A stretch of DNA of 64,000 nt from Candidatus Aminicenantales bacterium (GCA_049512315.1 JBEKXF010000017.1:1-64000); one strand, 5' to 3'; counted from the stretch's first letter, positions 49,762 to 61,582 are shown. Notes: generated by a model from the letters alone, not told the origin. Numbers and translations are program-made.

Positions 49762-49801
49762 CAAAAAAAGCCCCCTTCCCCCCGGTGGGGGGAGGGGCTT
49801 T
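49762..49801 (-). terminator. Intrinsic terminator of the TonB receptor gene
   Basis: AAAAAAAGCCCCCTTCCCCC..GGGGGGAGGGGCTTT hairpin with a U-tract on the minus strand. Confidence 0.75.
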
Positions 49802-49828
49802 GAGCTTCTGCTTCTGCGAGGGATCAGC

Positions 49829-52800
49829 TCAGAACTGGAACCGGACGCCTAACCGCATGACAAGGGGGTTCAGGATCTCGTAGGCCTGGTAGTTGTGGGC
49901 ATAGGGCGAGAAGCTTGTCGTCCCGTCCGTGTAGATGTAGTACGTGCCTTCCCTCATGTCGTACCGTCTGTTGATGGTGGCGGCGTTGGTCACGTTGAAG
50001 GCGTCGGCCATGAGGTAGATGCGGCCGGTATCGCCGAGCTTGATCATCTTCTCGAGGCGCAGGTTCAGCTGGTAGAAGGTGGGGAGCTTCGTCGTCCCGA
50101 AGATATCTAGATAGGCCTGGCGGTAAGGCTTGACTTGGGTCAGCGGGTTGGGCCACGTGTAGTCGACGATGTACATATAGTGAGGGATAGGATGGCCGGC
50201 GCGGGCGTTAAAGGTGAAGGAGATGTCGAAGCCCAGGGGCAGTTGGTAGAGGCCCTCGAGCTTGAGCAACCAGGGGGAGAAGATGTACGCGTCGACAATC
50301 TTCCCCGAGCTCAGCCCCATGGCCGGAGCAAAGAGTTGGTCCTGCAGAGCCCAGAGATTCGTCGCGTCTATATAGCCGTTGCCGTAATGATACTTCTGGC
50401 CCTGGTAGGACACGGAGCCGTCCAGCATCCACTTGTTGGACAGCCGCTTGTTGAAGCTGAGGTCAATGCCCCAGTATGTTTCGTAGTCGGTATTGAGCGT
50501 GTGGTAGGAGTACGGGGTGCCGGTATACGTGGGATCCAGCATGTAGACCGTGTGTCCGGGGCCGGCGCCCAGGCTGACGGTATGCGTACCACTATCATCC
50601 GTGTAAGTGATCGTCGACGGGATCGTGGCGGCGGAGTCGGGAAGGCTAGCGTCCGGGCCCAGGATCACATTCTGGCCATCGATACTGTAGTTACCGTACG
50701 GGCCATCGGCGTAATAGGCGGGATCCCAGCTGAAGTGGTTGTACTTTCTATAGGTGGCGTTCAGGCTGACGCTGAAGTCGGGCAGGAGCTCGTGATCGAT
50801 CGTGAACAGCAGCTCCCAAGTCCGGGAGGAACCGGCCTTCGGATCCACCGTATAAGCCGAAGGCCCGGCCGTCGAGGAATTGGGGGTAAAGCCCCACCAT
50901 TGGTTGAACTGGGTGTTGTCACGGTAAACCGGATTCACCGCGCCGTCGACGATCAAGGGGATGGGGGCATAGGTCGTTGGGTCGTTGCCGTAGAGCTCGT
51001 TGGCTTGGGCCTTACCGTCGCCGTTAGCATCCCGCCACCAGAAGTACATCTGGGCGCCGCCTCCAAAGTATGGTGGGGCGCCATAGGGGTTGAAGAGGTA
51101 GTTCGAAGAACTCGTGCCCATGAAGTCGCCGTACATGGAAGCGCTCAGCTTGAGGATGGTCTTGCCGGTGCCGAAGAGATCATAGGTGATCCCGAGGCGG
51201 GGAGACAAGACATTCCAACGGTAGTTGGGCTTGATGTTGGGGACTAGAGTGCCGGGAAAGAAGGCGGCGAGGGCCGACTTGACATCCGAGTCGAAATACT
51301 GCGCCCAGACCGGGTTGTTATCGACCGTCGTGTAATTGCTGGAGTTGATCGACGGCATCTGGCGGTCGTAGCGAATGCCCAGGAGGAAGTTGAACCGGCC
51401 GGTCGTGACGGTGTCCTGCAGGAAGGCCGACAGCTGCTTGACGCTAAAATCAAGGTTGGACGCGGCGGCGAGCATCCACTGTGTCATGCCGGGGGTGAAA
51501 CCCGGATTGCCCGAGGAGGAGTCGGGGGCAAGGTCCCACCACATGTCGGGATAATTCAGATTATACATCTTCAGGAGCTGCCCGGGGGCCGTGGAGTCCG
51601 AGGTCACGCGGCGGGTCGAATACTCGACGCCCAGCTTGATTTCGTGGCTGACGCCGAACAGTTTGTCGTTGTAGTACTGGGTGTGAAAATCATAGTCATA
51701 CATCGGCCGCGTGGTGATATAGTACCCATACTCGTAGTTGACGTCATTGGTCACATCCCATTGCCACAGATTTTCCAGGTTAGGGTCATTGTGGGGGATC
51801 AGCTGGAACGAGGGGTTCGAGTAGGCGAATTTGGCGGACAGCAGGAGGTCGCTCCCGACCATCTGCTCGTCCTGCAACTTGACGATGGGCGAACCCCAGT
51901 GACCGGGCTGGCCCTGGTCGTACCCCTCCGGGTATGACGGGCCCGCGCTCCGCCCCATGAACGTCTTGCCGCCCGCAGTCCACAGGAACTCGAACCGGTT
52001 CGAGGAGATGAGCTGCAGGTTCACCTTAAAGTTATAGTTTGTGAGGAGCGGCTTCTGAAGGGTGCCAAAGGCATTGACCGCGTTGATATCCTGGACGCCG
52101 TAAGACCCCCACAGCCAGGCCCTGTCCTTGACCACCGGGCCGCCCAGGTTGAAGCCGTAGTCCTTGATCTGGTTGATCTTGTTGGTGCCCGTAAGGCCTA
52201 GAGCCCGCAGAGCAGGGGTCAGATTGCTCGCCTGGAAGGCGCTGTCGGTCAGGTAGAAACGGCCGCCGAAAGTGACCTTGTTGCCGCCGCGGCGGGTGAC
52301 CATGTTCAAAGCGACGCCGCCCGTCTGGATGGTGACATCCGCGCCGCCGGTGACGATGTTCATTTCCTCGAACGCGTCGAAGTCCCAGTAACCCGGGGAC
52401 GAGAGGCTGGCCGGGTCGGTGACGACGATGCCGTCAACCGCCCAGACATTGTTGTTGCCGCCGGTCGAATCGCCTTTGGCATAAAAGCCGGCCTGCTGGC
52501 CGGATTCGCTGCCGCCGACGTTATCGCGGTCCATCTGGATCGAGGGCGCGAACATCATGACATTCCAGGGGTCTCTGGCCGTCGGCAGGGATTGCAAAGT
52601 CTCCTGGTTGACGTTCTTGCCGACCGAAGTCTTCCTGGCGTCGACCGTCGGTGTGACGGCGACGACCGTCACTTCCTCTTCCAGCTTGCCCTGCTCCAGT
52701 GTCATGTCGATCTTGGATTGCGTTCCCAAGGTGACAATGATACCGGTCTTTTCCTGCTTCTTGAATCCCTGGAGCTCCGCCGTCAGGGCATATTTGTTGC

Positions 52801-53011
52801 TCGGCTCCAAAGAGATGAACCTGAAAATGCCCTGTTCGTCGGTGACGACGATGAAAGGGGCGCCAAACGGGGACCTCAGAGTCACGGAGACGCCCGGAAG
52901 AGGCGCGCCCTGCGTATCGGTGATATGCCCCCAGATGGTGCCGGTCCTCACCTGAGCCGCAAGGGATGCGGAAAGAAGCAAGACAGGAAGTACGATAATG
53001 CTCTTTTTCAC
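49829..53011 (-). CDS. TonB-dependent receptor, Oar-like
   Basis: G.ITDTQGAPLPGV, LPTARDPW, GGVALNMVTRRG and C-terminal RLGVRFQF; GTG start after GGAGG. Confidence 0.9.
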   Translation of the reverse strand: MKKSIIVLPVLLLSASLAAQVRTGTIWGHITDTQGAPLPGVSVTLRSPFGAPFIVVTDEQGIFRFISLEPSNKYALTAELQGFKKQEKTGIIVTLGTQSKIDMTLEQGKLEEEVTVVAVTPTVDARKTSVGKNVNQETLQSLPTARDPWNVMMFAPSIQMDRDNVGGSESGQQAGFYAKGDSTGGNNNVWAVDGIVVTDPASLSSPGYWDFDAFEEMNIVTGGADVTIQTGGVALNMVTRRGGNKVTFGGRFYLTDSAFQASNLTPALRALGLTGTNKINQIKDYGFNLGGPVVKDRAWLWGSYGVQDINAVNAFGTLQKPLLTNYNFKVNLQLISSNRFEFLWTAGGKTFMGRSAGPSYPEGYDQGQPGHWGSPIVKLQDEQMVGSDLLLSAKFAYSNPSFQLIPHNDPNLENLWQWDVTNDVNYEYGYYITTRPMYDYDFHTQYYNDKLFGVSHEIKLGVEYSTRRVTSDSTAPGQLLKMYNLNYPDMWWDLAPDSSSGNPGFTPGMTQWMLAAASNLDFSVKQLSAFLQDTVTTGRFNFLLGIRYDRQMPSINSSNYTTVDNNPVWAQYFDSDVKSALAAFFPGTLVPNIKPNYRWNVLSPRLGITYDLFGTGKTILKLSASMYGDFMGTSSSNYLFNPYGAPPYFGGGAQMYFWWRDANGDGKAQANELYGNDPTTYAPIPLIVDGAVNPVYRDNTQFNQWWGFTPNSSTAGPSAYTVDPKAGSSRTWELLFTIDHELLPDFSVSLNATYRKYNHFSWDPAYYADGPYGNYSIDGQNVILGPDASLPDSAATIPSTITYTDDSGTHTVSLGAGPGHTVYMLDPTYTGTPYSYHTLNTDYETYWGIDLSFNKRLSNKWMLDGSVSYQGQKYHYGNGYIDATNLWALQDQLFAPAMGLSSGKIVDAYIFSPWLLKLEGLYQLPLGFDISFTFNARAGHPIPHYMYIVDYTWPNPLTQVKPYRQAYLDIFGTTKLPTFYQLNLRLEKMIKLGDTGRIYLMADAFNVTNAATINRRYDMREGTYYIYTDGTTSFSPYAHNYQAYEILNPLVMRLGVRFQF

Positions 53012-53131
53012 ATTTCCTCCCTAGGCGAAGATTGCCCACTTGACCCTGGAGTGGCTGGCCACTCCTGCCATTCCCCTCCATGCGGGCCGGAAATAGAAAT
53101 AATTCTCACCTCCCTTCACGGCTTCAAATAG

Positions 53132-53147
53132 AGCAACATTCGTGCCA
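53132..53147 (-). promoter_or_regulatory. Sigma-54 (-24/-12) promoter
   Basis: Minus strand TGGCACGAATGTTGCT matches the TGGCAC-N5-TTGCW consensus. Confidence 0.8.
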
Positions 53148-53499
53148 TATAAACTGAGGCATGCCGATGAGTAGAACGTTGCTGAATATAAGTTGGGCCT
53201 TATCCAGTTTCTTGGCTTTTGCTCTTAGCCGGTCGGGGTCCGTGCCTTCATAAGTATCTGATGTTTCGTACGACCTTTCCTACGGATGGGCTATAGTCAG
53301 GTAGATGTGGACTTCCGCCGCAATGGAGGGAAATTCAATTAATCGGACTTATCCAAAATTCCGAAGGAAAACGGCCCATCTTTCCCGAACTGATGTTTGG
53401 GACCTCATCCCTAAAAAATGGACCAAATCAGGGGGTAGGTTCAGAGATTTTCAAGCTCACATTATGTCTGGACCATTTTTAGGGGATGAGGTCCGGTCC

Positions 53500-53690
53500 T
53501 CCTGGCCACTCCCCTCCTGGCCGCCGAAACCTACACCGGCAAGGGCATCGGCGTCACCGACGGCGACACGATCTCCGTGATGAAGTCCGACAGAGCAGTC
53601 AAGATCAGGTTGGAAGGTATAGATTGCCCGGAACTGGGTCAGGATTTTGGGACAAGGGCCAAGCAGTTCACATCTGGCATGGTGTTTGGG
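53500..53690 (+). pseudogene. Second thermonuclease relic
   Basis: ATPLLAAETYTGK..GVTDGDTISV...KIRLEGIDCPELGQDFGTRAKQFTS, close to 7150-7340; truncated at both ends. Confidence 0.8.
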
Positions 53691-53891
53691 ATGGAGGCTG
53701 CTCTCTCTACTTGGAAGCCGGCAAAATCGTAAAGGAAAGTACGGCGGGCAACGCAAACGGGCTACCAGACGTTATTGGAGGTTTAGGTCAAAAATACATT
53801 TCTAGAGGATGACCTAACAGATGGAACTTGACAATAAGCCATATTGGATTATTCTTGAGTGTCAGGAATCCATTTATTTAAAAGAGGTCGT

Positions 53892-55298
53892 ATGAAGAGC
53901 GCATTGAAGTTGCTGATATTAGTCTTTTCATTTTTGGCGCTGCTTTCAGCCTGCGGAGGCGGCACCGGAGCATCGCCGAATTCCTCACCGGTGCCAACCT
54001 GGATGTCCGGCAGTAATACCAAAAATCAGGCGGGTACCTACGGCACCCAAGGCACAGCCGCTTCGTCAAACGTCCCCGGGGCAAGGTCCGGGGCCGTGTC
54101 CTGGAGCGATTCCAGCGGCAACCTCTGGCTCTTCGGGGGATATGGCCGTGATTCGGCCGGCAATCTCGGCTATCTCAATGATCTATGGAAGTATGACCCG
54201 ACAGCCCTTGAATGGACCTGGGTATCAGGCAGTAATATAATGAATCAGATGGGCGTCTACGGTAACCAGGGCGCAGCCGCTCCGTCAAACGTCCCCGGGG
54301 CAAGACAGCATGCTGTATCCTGGCTCGATTCCAGCGGCAGACTCTGGCTATTCGGAGGGACTGGTTTAGATTCGGCTGCCACGATTGGGCGTCTCAATGA
54401 CCTGTGGAAGTATGACCCGACGACTCTTGAATGGACTTGGGTATCGGGCAGTGATAGCTTTGGTCAGAAGGGCACTTACGGCACCCAGGGCGTAGCCGCC
54501 CCGTCAAACGTCCCCGGGGCAAGGTCCGGGGCCGTATCCTGGCTCGATTCCAGCGGCAGACTCTGGCTATTCGGAGGATTGGGCTACGATTCTGCTGCCT
54601 ATAATGGCGATCTCAATGACCTGTGGGACTATGACCCCACAACCCTCGAATGGACCTGGGTATCAGGCAGTAGTGCCATAGATCAGTCCGGCACCTATGG
54701 AACAAAGGGCACAGCCGCTTCGTCAAACGTCCCCGGGGCAAGAGATGCGGCTATATCCTGGATCGATTCCAGCGGCAAACTCTGGCTCTTCGGAGGATCG
54801 GGAAATGACTCGGCTGGCACTGTCGGCCGTCTCAATGACCTGTGGAAGTATGACCCGACAGCCTTGGAATGGACCTGGGTATCAGGCAGCAATACGATCA
54901 ATCAGGCGGGCACCTACGGTACCCAGGGCACAGCCGCTTCGTCAAACGTCCCCGGGGCAAGAGATACGGCTGTATCCTGGATCGATTCCAGCGGAAAGCT
55001 CTGGCTCTTCGGGGGATATGGGAATGATTCGGCCGGCAGTATCGGCTATCTCAATGACCTGTGGAAGTATGACCCGGCAGCCCTTGAATGGACCTGGGTA
55101 TCCGGCGGTGATACCGTAAATAAAACCGGCACCTACGGAACAAAGGGCGCGGCCGCTTCGTCGAACATCCCCGGGGCAAGAGCGAGTGCCATACCCTGGC
55201 TCGACTCCGGCGGCAAGCTCTGGCTCTTCGGGGGAGAGGGTATAGATTCGGCTGGCGCATACGGCTATCTCAACGACCTGTGGCAGTTCACCCGCTAA
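53892..55298 (+). CDS. Kelch/galactose oxidase-like repeat lipoprotein
   Basis: Lipobox LLSAC; six ~74-aa repeats (PGAR...SW.DSSG.LWLFGG.G.DS....LNDLW.Y). Confidence 0.88.
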   Translation: MKSALKLLILVFSFLALLSACGGGTGASPNSSPVPTWMSGSNTKNQAGTYGTQGTAASSNVPGARSGAVSWSDSSGNLWLFGGYGRDSAGNLGYLNDLWKYDPTALEWTWVSGSNIMNQMGVYGNQGAAAPSNVPGARQHAVSWLDSSGRLWLFGGTGLDSAATIGRLNDLWKYDPTTLEWTWVSGSDSFGQKGTYGTQGVAAPSNVPGARSGAVSWLDSSGRLWLFGGLGYDSAAYNGDLNDLWDYDPTTLEWTWVSGSSAIDQSGTYGTKGTAASSNVPGARDAAISWIDSSGKLWLFGGSGNDSAGTVGRLNDLWKYDPTALEWTWVSGSNTINQAGTYGTQGTAASSNVPGARDTAVSWIDSSGKLWLFGGYGNDSAGSIGYLNDLWKYDPAALEWTWVSGGDTVNKTGTYGTKGAAASSNIPGARASAIPWLDSGGKLWLFGGEGIDSAGAYGYLNDLWQFTR

Positions 55299-55369
55299 AT
55301 AGCTACGGGCACTCTCAATAATCGTCACGAAGCGGCCCCGGCCGGGAGGACCCGCACCTCGGATGTCGC

Positions 55370-58192
55370 TCACCTCTCCGCCGGCGGCAGGGCGTTCCAA
55401 TTGAGGAGGGCGTTCCAGAGGAACCGGAAGTCCGAGCGGTTGAGGTCCCTGTGGATCGGCTCGAAGTTGTAGGCGATGACCCGGCCCTTCCCCGCCGGAA
55501 GGTCGAGGATCGCGGGCCGGCCCTCCAGATCGTCTTCCCCCTTCAACGCGCCGGCGACGAGCATCTTGACTTCGTCCTTCTTGGCCTGCTCTTTCGCGTC
55601 TTTCGGCTTTCCGGCTTCAGGTCCAGGCTCTTCGCGATCCTCCGCCCGCAGCTTCGTGCCCCACTGAAGAACGACGCCGCGCCGGCCGGCGACGGCGATA
55701 TCGTAAACGGGAAGCCCCGTACGGAAGGCGGACACGATCTCTGGATAACCGTAGGCCAGCGGATGGTCGGGCCGCACGAACTTCACCCTGAGCTCCGAGC
55801 CCGGAGTGAAGAAGGCGCCGGATTTCCGGTAGACATCCCGGACGAGCCCCCCGTCGAGGGCCAGGGTCGAGCCGTTTCCGAGAGTGATGAGCAGCCCTCC
55901 GTCGGCGAGATACTTCTCGAGGTTGGCCATGCCGGCCCAGCCGATCCCGCCCGTGATATCCTCCGAGGCATCGGGAACCCCGTGGCTGGGAAATTCCTTG
56001 GTCTTCGTGTAGGCCATCGGCCCGTACTTCTTGTCGATCCCCTGGATCTGGTCCTTGAGATCAAGATAGTTGTGGCCGAAAATGACGACGTCGTAGCGCT
56101 CGCGGAGGCGGCCGGCCCGGATATCGTCGTCGCGGATATAAGAATACGGGATCTTCTCCCGGTCGAGCACGTAGCGGACCCAACCGGTTGCCTCGGTGTC
56201 CGCCCAGGTGTGCCAGACGGCGAGGCGCGGCAGCTTCGACTCGTGGCGACCGACATCCGGGACGGCGGTCGCGCCCTCGAAGTCCACGGCCAGCTCGGCC
56301 GCGGCCCGCTTCAGGGCCTCCGCCAATCCCATCTGGTCGGAGATGATCCAGGAGCCGGCCGGATAATCCGCGCCTCCTGATTTGAACATTCTTTCGGCGA
56401 CCTCGACCTTGAAGGCCGCGAGGCGGCTCCGGAGCGCGAGGAGCGCCTCCTGCCCCGTATCTTTCAGCAGGTAGACCGGCCCGGCGCCGTTCACCTTTCC
56501 CTGAATCTCAAAGCCGGCCTGAAGCGTCGTGACCGGCACGTCCTTGATCCTGGCGTCATCGATCCGCTTGGCTTCGATGCCGTAATGGACGGGCAGCGAC
56601 CAGGACACGTCGTCATAGGGCTCATAGGGAGTGTCGGGCGGGAACTCCTGGGGCAGGAGCAGGTCCACGGCGTAGTTCCGGTAGGGCTGGTCGAGCTTCA
56701 CGACATAGGTCCCGGCGGCGAATTCCCCCTCATCGACTTTGAAGGCCGCGGCCGCCCGCGAGATCTCGATCCCGTGCCACATCAGGAGCTTGACCAGCTC
56801 GGCCACGCGCCGGCGGTCGCCCTGGTCCTCACGGATGGCGAAGGCGAAGGGAGCGCCCTTCACCCCCTTCTGCCAGGAGTTATATCCCTTGCGGTAGAAG
56901 TTGCGGAGCATCTCCTTGGCATTCTTGGCGGTGTAGTCGAGGATGGCCAGGCAACCGGTTTCCATGTAGTTCGTGTTGTCCCTAAGGGACCAGACGAATT
57001 TTCGCGGCGGGGGCAACGGCCGGTACCATTCCCGGCTCGTGACGGGGCGCCCGACGTAGCGCTCCTCGTTCGACCGGAGGACGCGCTCCATGGTCTCGGC
57101 AGAGGCATTCCCGTACGTCTCGTAGCCGCGGCCCATGCTGTTGTGGTTGACAGCGAAGGAGTCGAGGTAATGATGAGTCCAGCCCTCGCCGAACCCCCAG
57201 GTCCAGACACCCGGCATGCCCATGGAGGTCATGGTCCCAATCTCGGCGAAGGCCATCTCAAAGAACTCGTCGATGAGGATCGCGTCAAGGTTGTTATTGT
57301 ACGGGCCTGTGCCGTTCCAGGTGTGGAGGAGCGGGATGGACTCGTGGAGGTCGTGGATGACGGTCGGGTGGAAGTCGAAGAACATCCGGGTCACGGCGCG
57401 CGTCAGCTCGAGGGCCTGCTGGTGTGTGTCGCGGTTGTTGTCGTGGAAAACGTAATGGCCCCAGTAGGGCGGAGAAACCGGCGGCAGGCGGTCGAAATCC
57501 GTCTTCCCCTTGAGGTAGCGGTAGAACCAATCCACCATCTTGTCGCGGCCGTCCGGTTCGGATTCCGGGTTAATGAGGACGATGACGTTGCTCCGGATCC
57601 TTTGGATCATCGGCTGGTCGGATACGGCCAGGCGATAGGCGAGCTCCATGACCATTTCCGGGCTGCCTGTCTCCGTCGAATGGAGGCCGGCGTTGAAATA
57701 GTATATGGGGCGGGCAGAGACGATGAGGGCCTCGGCCGCCTCGGGGGTTGTCTTTCGAGGGTCGGCCAAGGCTGCGGTCGCGGCTTTCAGCTTATCGAGG
57801 CTGCGGATTCCTTCCTCATCGGCGACGACGGCGAGGAGGATGTCCCTCCCCTCTTCGCTCCGGCCGATGGTCTGAACGCGGACGCGCGGCGACGCCTCGG
57901 CCAGCTTGCGGAAGTAGCCGTAGATCTTGGCGGTGTTCGAGAGCTCCCCCGCGGCCCCGATGACATGGCCGAGATATTTGGTCGGCGAGGGCACAGTATC
58001 CGACGCCGGCACGTAGGCGACCCAGGGGTTGCCGAAGCGGGCCTCTGTCGTGAGCTTGGCGATCGCCTCGACCGACCCCGGTTCGGGAGTGTCCGGGGCG
58101 TATGGATTTTTTTCCTGAGCGGCCGCGGAGACGATGAACGCGGCGCAGAGAAAGGGCAAAAAGAGCCGTGGACGCCGGGAAGAATTTTTCAT
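55370..58192 (-). CDS. M14 family zinc carboxypeptidase-like protein
   Basis: IGRSEEGR, HSTE, PDGRD, DNNRD and HDLHE motifs; signal peptide. Confidence 0.85.
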   Translation of the reverse strand: MKNSSRRPRLFLPFLCAAFIVSAAAQEKNPYAPDTPEPGSVEAIAKLTTEARFGNPWVAYVPASDTVPSPTKYLGHVIGAAGELSNTAKIYGYFRKLAEASPRVRVQTIGRSEEGRDILLAVVADEEGIRSLDKLKAATAALADPRKTTPEAAEALIVSARPIYYFNAGLHSTETGSPEMVMELAYRLAVSDQPMIQRIRSNVIVLINPESEPDGRDKMVDWFYRYLKGKTDFDRLPPVSPPYWGHYVFHDNNRDTHQQALELTRAVTRMFFDFHPTVIHDLHESIPLLHTWNGTGPYNNNLDAILIDEFFEMAFAEIGTMTSMGMPGVWTWGFGEGWTHHYLDSFAVNHNSMGRGYETYGNASAETMERVLRSNEERYVGRPVTSREWYRPLPPPRKFVWSLRDNTNYMETGCLAILDYTAKNAKEMLRNFYRKGYNSWQKGVKGAPFAFAIREDQGDRRRVAELVKLLMWHGIEISRAAAAFKVDEGEFAAGTYVVKLDQPYRNYAVDLLLPQEFPPDTPYEPYDDVSWSLPVHYGIEAKRIDDARIKDVPVTTLQAGFEIQGKVNGAGPVYLLKDTGQEALLALRSRLAAFKVEVAERMFKSGGADYPAGSWIISDQMGLAEALKRAAAELAVDFEGATAVPDVGRHESKLPRLAVWHTWADTEATGWVRYVLDREKIPYSYIRDDDIRAGRLRERYDVVIFGHNYLDLKDQIQGIDKKYGPMAYTKTKEFPSHGVPDASEDITGGIGWAGMANLEKYLADGGLLITLGNGSTLALDGGLVRDVYRKSGAFFTPGSELRVKFVRPDHPLAYGYPEIVSAFRTGLPVYDIAVAGRRGVVLQWGTKLRAEDREEPGPEAGKPKDAKEQAKKDEVKMLVAGALKGEDDLEGRPAILDLPAGKGRVIAYNFEPIHRDLNRSDFRFLWNALLNWNALPPAER

Positions 58193-58440
58193 TGTTTGAC
58201 TTCCTGTTTTGATAAAGAGCTTCGGGGCGCTCCGAGGACCGGATTCTTATCCTGATCGTATCCCGACCCCGCCGGGCAAGCGCCTTTCCAGTCGCGCATG
58301 GAGGGAGCATATCGTCTCCGCTTGAAAAAAGTCAAGCTGAGGGGCCTCGGGGACTCCTTCACGAAGTCCGGCTTCCTTGACTTGAACGAGCGGCCGAGGA
58401 TAGCATCATGGCGATATCGAGGTGGAGTGAGGGCATGGAT

Positions 58441-61400
58441 ATGAAAAAGCGCTTCCTCGTGACGTTCACCCTGACGTTTTGCGCTGCGGCGGCCGCTTGC
58501 GGCTCCCGCCCGTCCGACCCGCTGGCCCGGGGATTCGCAGCCCCTCCTGGCGAAGCCCGGCCGTGGGTCTACTGGATGTGGATGGACGGCAACCTGAGCC
58601 GCGAGGGCATCACCGCGGACCTCGAAGCGATGAAAAGCGCCGGCATCGGGGGCGCCATCATCTGCGAGGTGAACGTCGGCGTTCCGCGGGGTTCGGTCGA
58701 GTTCATGAGCCCGGAGTGGCGGCGGTTCTTCAAGCATGTCGTCATCGAAGCGGAGCGGCTGGGCCTCGAGATCACGCTCAACGCCGGGGCCCGGCTGGAC
58801 GGGAAGCGGCGGACCGTGGGTTAAGCCGGAGCAGTCGATGCAGCACATCGTCGCGAGCGCCACGGAGGTCAGGGGGCCGGGACGTTTCGACATCGTCCTG
58901 CCGCTCCCTAAGCGCCGGCCGACTTTTTTCGGAGACGGCGCCCTCCCGCCGGACCAGGAAAAGGCGAAAAACGATTTTTACCGTGATGTGGCCGTCCTGG
59001 CCTTCCCGACGCCTCGGGGCGGCGGCACGATCACGGACATCGATGAGAAAGCCCTCTATGTCCGGGCGCCCTATTCGTCCCAGCGCGGCGTGAAACCGTT
59101 CCTGCCCTCCCCGGCGGACTATCCTTCCGTGCCGCGGACCGCGGCCATCGATCCCTGGCGCATCGTCGACCTCTCCGCGCATCTCGGGACGGGCGGTCGC
59201 CTCGCGTGGGTCGTCCCGGAAGGACGCTGGACGATCCTCCGCTTCGGCCGGACCAGCACGGGCGCGAACACCCGGCCCGCGCCTGTCCCGGGGCTCGGCC
59301 TCGAGTGCGACAAGCTCGATCGGGCGGCGCTCGACGCGCATTACGACGCTTTCGTCGGGACTCTTCTGCGGGAGATCGGACAGCACAAAACGGCTGGCGG
59401 CGCCGGTTGGACCTTCCTCCACATCGACAGCTGGGAAATGAGCTCCCAAAACTGGACCGGAGCTTTTCGCGAGGAGTTCCGACGCCGCCGCGGCTATGAC
59501 CCGCTCCCCTATCTCCCCGCATTGACGGGCCGGGTCGTCGATAGCCTCGAGATCTCGGAGCGCTTCCTCTGGGACCTTCGCTTCACGGCCCAGGAGCTCG
59601 TCGTCGAGAATCACGCCGCCCATCTCAAGGAGCTCGGGCGGCGCGACGGCTTCGGGCTGTCCATGGAGCCCTACGACATGACCCCGTGCGCGGATATGAC
59701 CCTCGGCGCCGTCGCCGACGTGCCGCAGGGCGAGTTCTGGCTCTACGGGTTCAACACGGCCCACAGCGTCGTCGAAGCCGCAAGCATCGCGCACACCTGC
59801 GGCCGGCGGGTCGTGGGTGCCGAGGCCTTCACGTCGAGCGACGCCGAGCGCTGGCAGGCCCACCCGGCCTCGATGAAGGCGCTCGGCGACTGGGCCTTCG
59901 CGGCCGGCGTCAACCGCATCGTCTTCCATCGCTTTCAGCACCAGGCCGGGCTCGACCTCCGGCCGGGTATGACCATGGGTCCGTACGGCGTGCATTGGGA
60001 ACGGACCCAGACATGGTGGGACATGGCCCCCGCTTACCATACCTACCTGGCCCGCTGTCAATACATGCTGCGGCAGGGGCTGCCCGTGGCGGATGTCTGC
60101 TATCTCGGCGCCGAGGGCGCCCCGCAGGTCTTCCGGGCACCGGCTTCGGCGCTCCGCGGCAGCCCGCCGGACCGGCCCGGTTGGAACTTCGACGCCTGCG
60201 CCCCAGAGACGCTCGTCGCGGCCATGTCCGTCCGGGACGGCCACCTCGTCCTTCCGGACGGCATGAGCTATCGCCTGCTCGTCCTTCCGGAACGCGAGAC
60301 GATGACCCCGGGCCTCCTCCGGAAGGTCAGGGACTTGGCCGCGGCCGGGGCCACGATCGTCGGGCCGCCGCCGCGGAAATCGCCCGGTCTCGTTGGGTTT
60401 CCCGTCTGCGACGCCGAGGTGAAGGCGCTGGCCGGCGAGCTCTGGGGGAATTGTGATGGTGTTCGCATGACCGAACATGTCATAGGCAAAGGCCGGGTCA
60501 TCTGGGACCGCCGATCTCCGGCAGGGGCGAAAAACGGCTCCGAGCCGGATCCGGGCACGGGGCGGGCCGGCATCTGGAATGTCGGCGCCCCGCCGCTTTC
60601 GGAACCCGAACAGTACGGCGACTACGCCATCGTCGCCCGCATCCTCTCCGAGGCAAATGTGCCGCGGGATTTCGAGTCGGACGCGGCCCTGCGCTACACC
60701 CATCGGCGGGACGGCGACGAGGACATCTACTTCGTCGCGAACGCCGAGGACCGAGCCCTGGCCGCGGAATGCATCTTCCGCGTGGACGGCAAGCGGCCCG
60801 AGCTCTGGGACGCGGTGACCGGCGAGATCCGGGACCTCCCGGAGTTCACGGAATCGGGTGGCCGGACCGTCTTGCCGGTAAGTTTCGAGCCGCATCAATC
60901 CTTTTTCATCGTCTTCCGGAAGCCTGCGGGCGGAGCGAAGCCCTCGGGAGGGGCGAAGGCCTTGGCGCTGGCGGGGCGGCCGGTCAGGAATTTCGGCCGC
61001 GTCGAGGAAACCGGGAAGCTCGAGGGACCGTGGGAAGTCACGTTCGACCCGAAATGGGGCGGGCCGGAAAGGATCACGTTCGAGGGTCTCGAGGACTGGA
61101 GCCTCCGCCCCGAAGAGGGGATCAAGTACTACTCTGGCCTGGCGACCTATCGGAAGGCCTTCGACCTGCCCGGGGCGCCGGGCCGGGGCGCCTCCCCGCG
61201 CCTCTGGCTCGACCTCGGCACCGTGAAAAATATCGCCCGGGTGCGGCTCAACGGCAAGGAGCTCGGGGTCGTCTGGTGCGCTCCTTGGCGCGTGGAAATC
61301 ACCGGGACGGTGAAGCAAAAGGGAAACCGGCTGGAGATCACCGTCGCCAACCTCTGGCCCAACCGCCTTATCGGGGACGAAAAGCTCCCGCCCGACTGCG

Positions 61401-61573
61401 ACTACGGGCCGGGCGGGAATCTCCTCCGCTGGCCGGAGTGGCTCAAGAAGGGGCAGCCGCGGCCTTCAGCCGGTCGCTTCACCTTTACGACTTGGAGACA
61501 CTTCAGCAAGGACTCGCCCCTTCTCCCCTCCGGACTCCTGGGCCCTGTGACCATCCGGGCAGATAAGCTATAA
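58441..61573 (+). pseudogene. GH106 alpha-L-rhamnosidase-like protein with a single-base frameshift at ~58785
   Basis: PWVYWMWMDGN..REGITADLEAM in frame 1; GPGWTGSGGPWV, HIDSWE, GAEAFT and NLWPNRLIGD in frame 2. One extra G in GCCGGGGCCC; may be a sequencing error. Confidence 0.8.
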
Positions 61574-61582
61574 TCGAAGCCG

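Noticed and set aside
53990..55290. Regularly spaced repeats as a CRISPR array
   Set aside because: The repeats are in-frame 222-bp coding units with no unique spacers, and no cas genes are present.
23803..61318. Long antisense ORFs (e.g. 23803-25614, 30833-33133, 56585-58255, 58778-61318)
   Set aside because: Shadow frames of GC-rich genes on the opposite strand, with no protein motifs.
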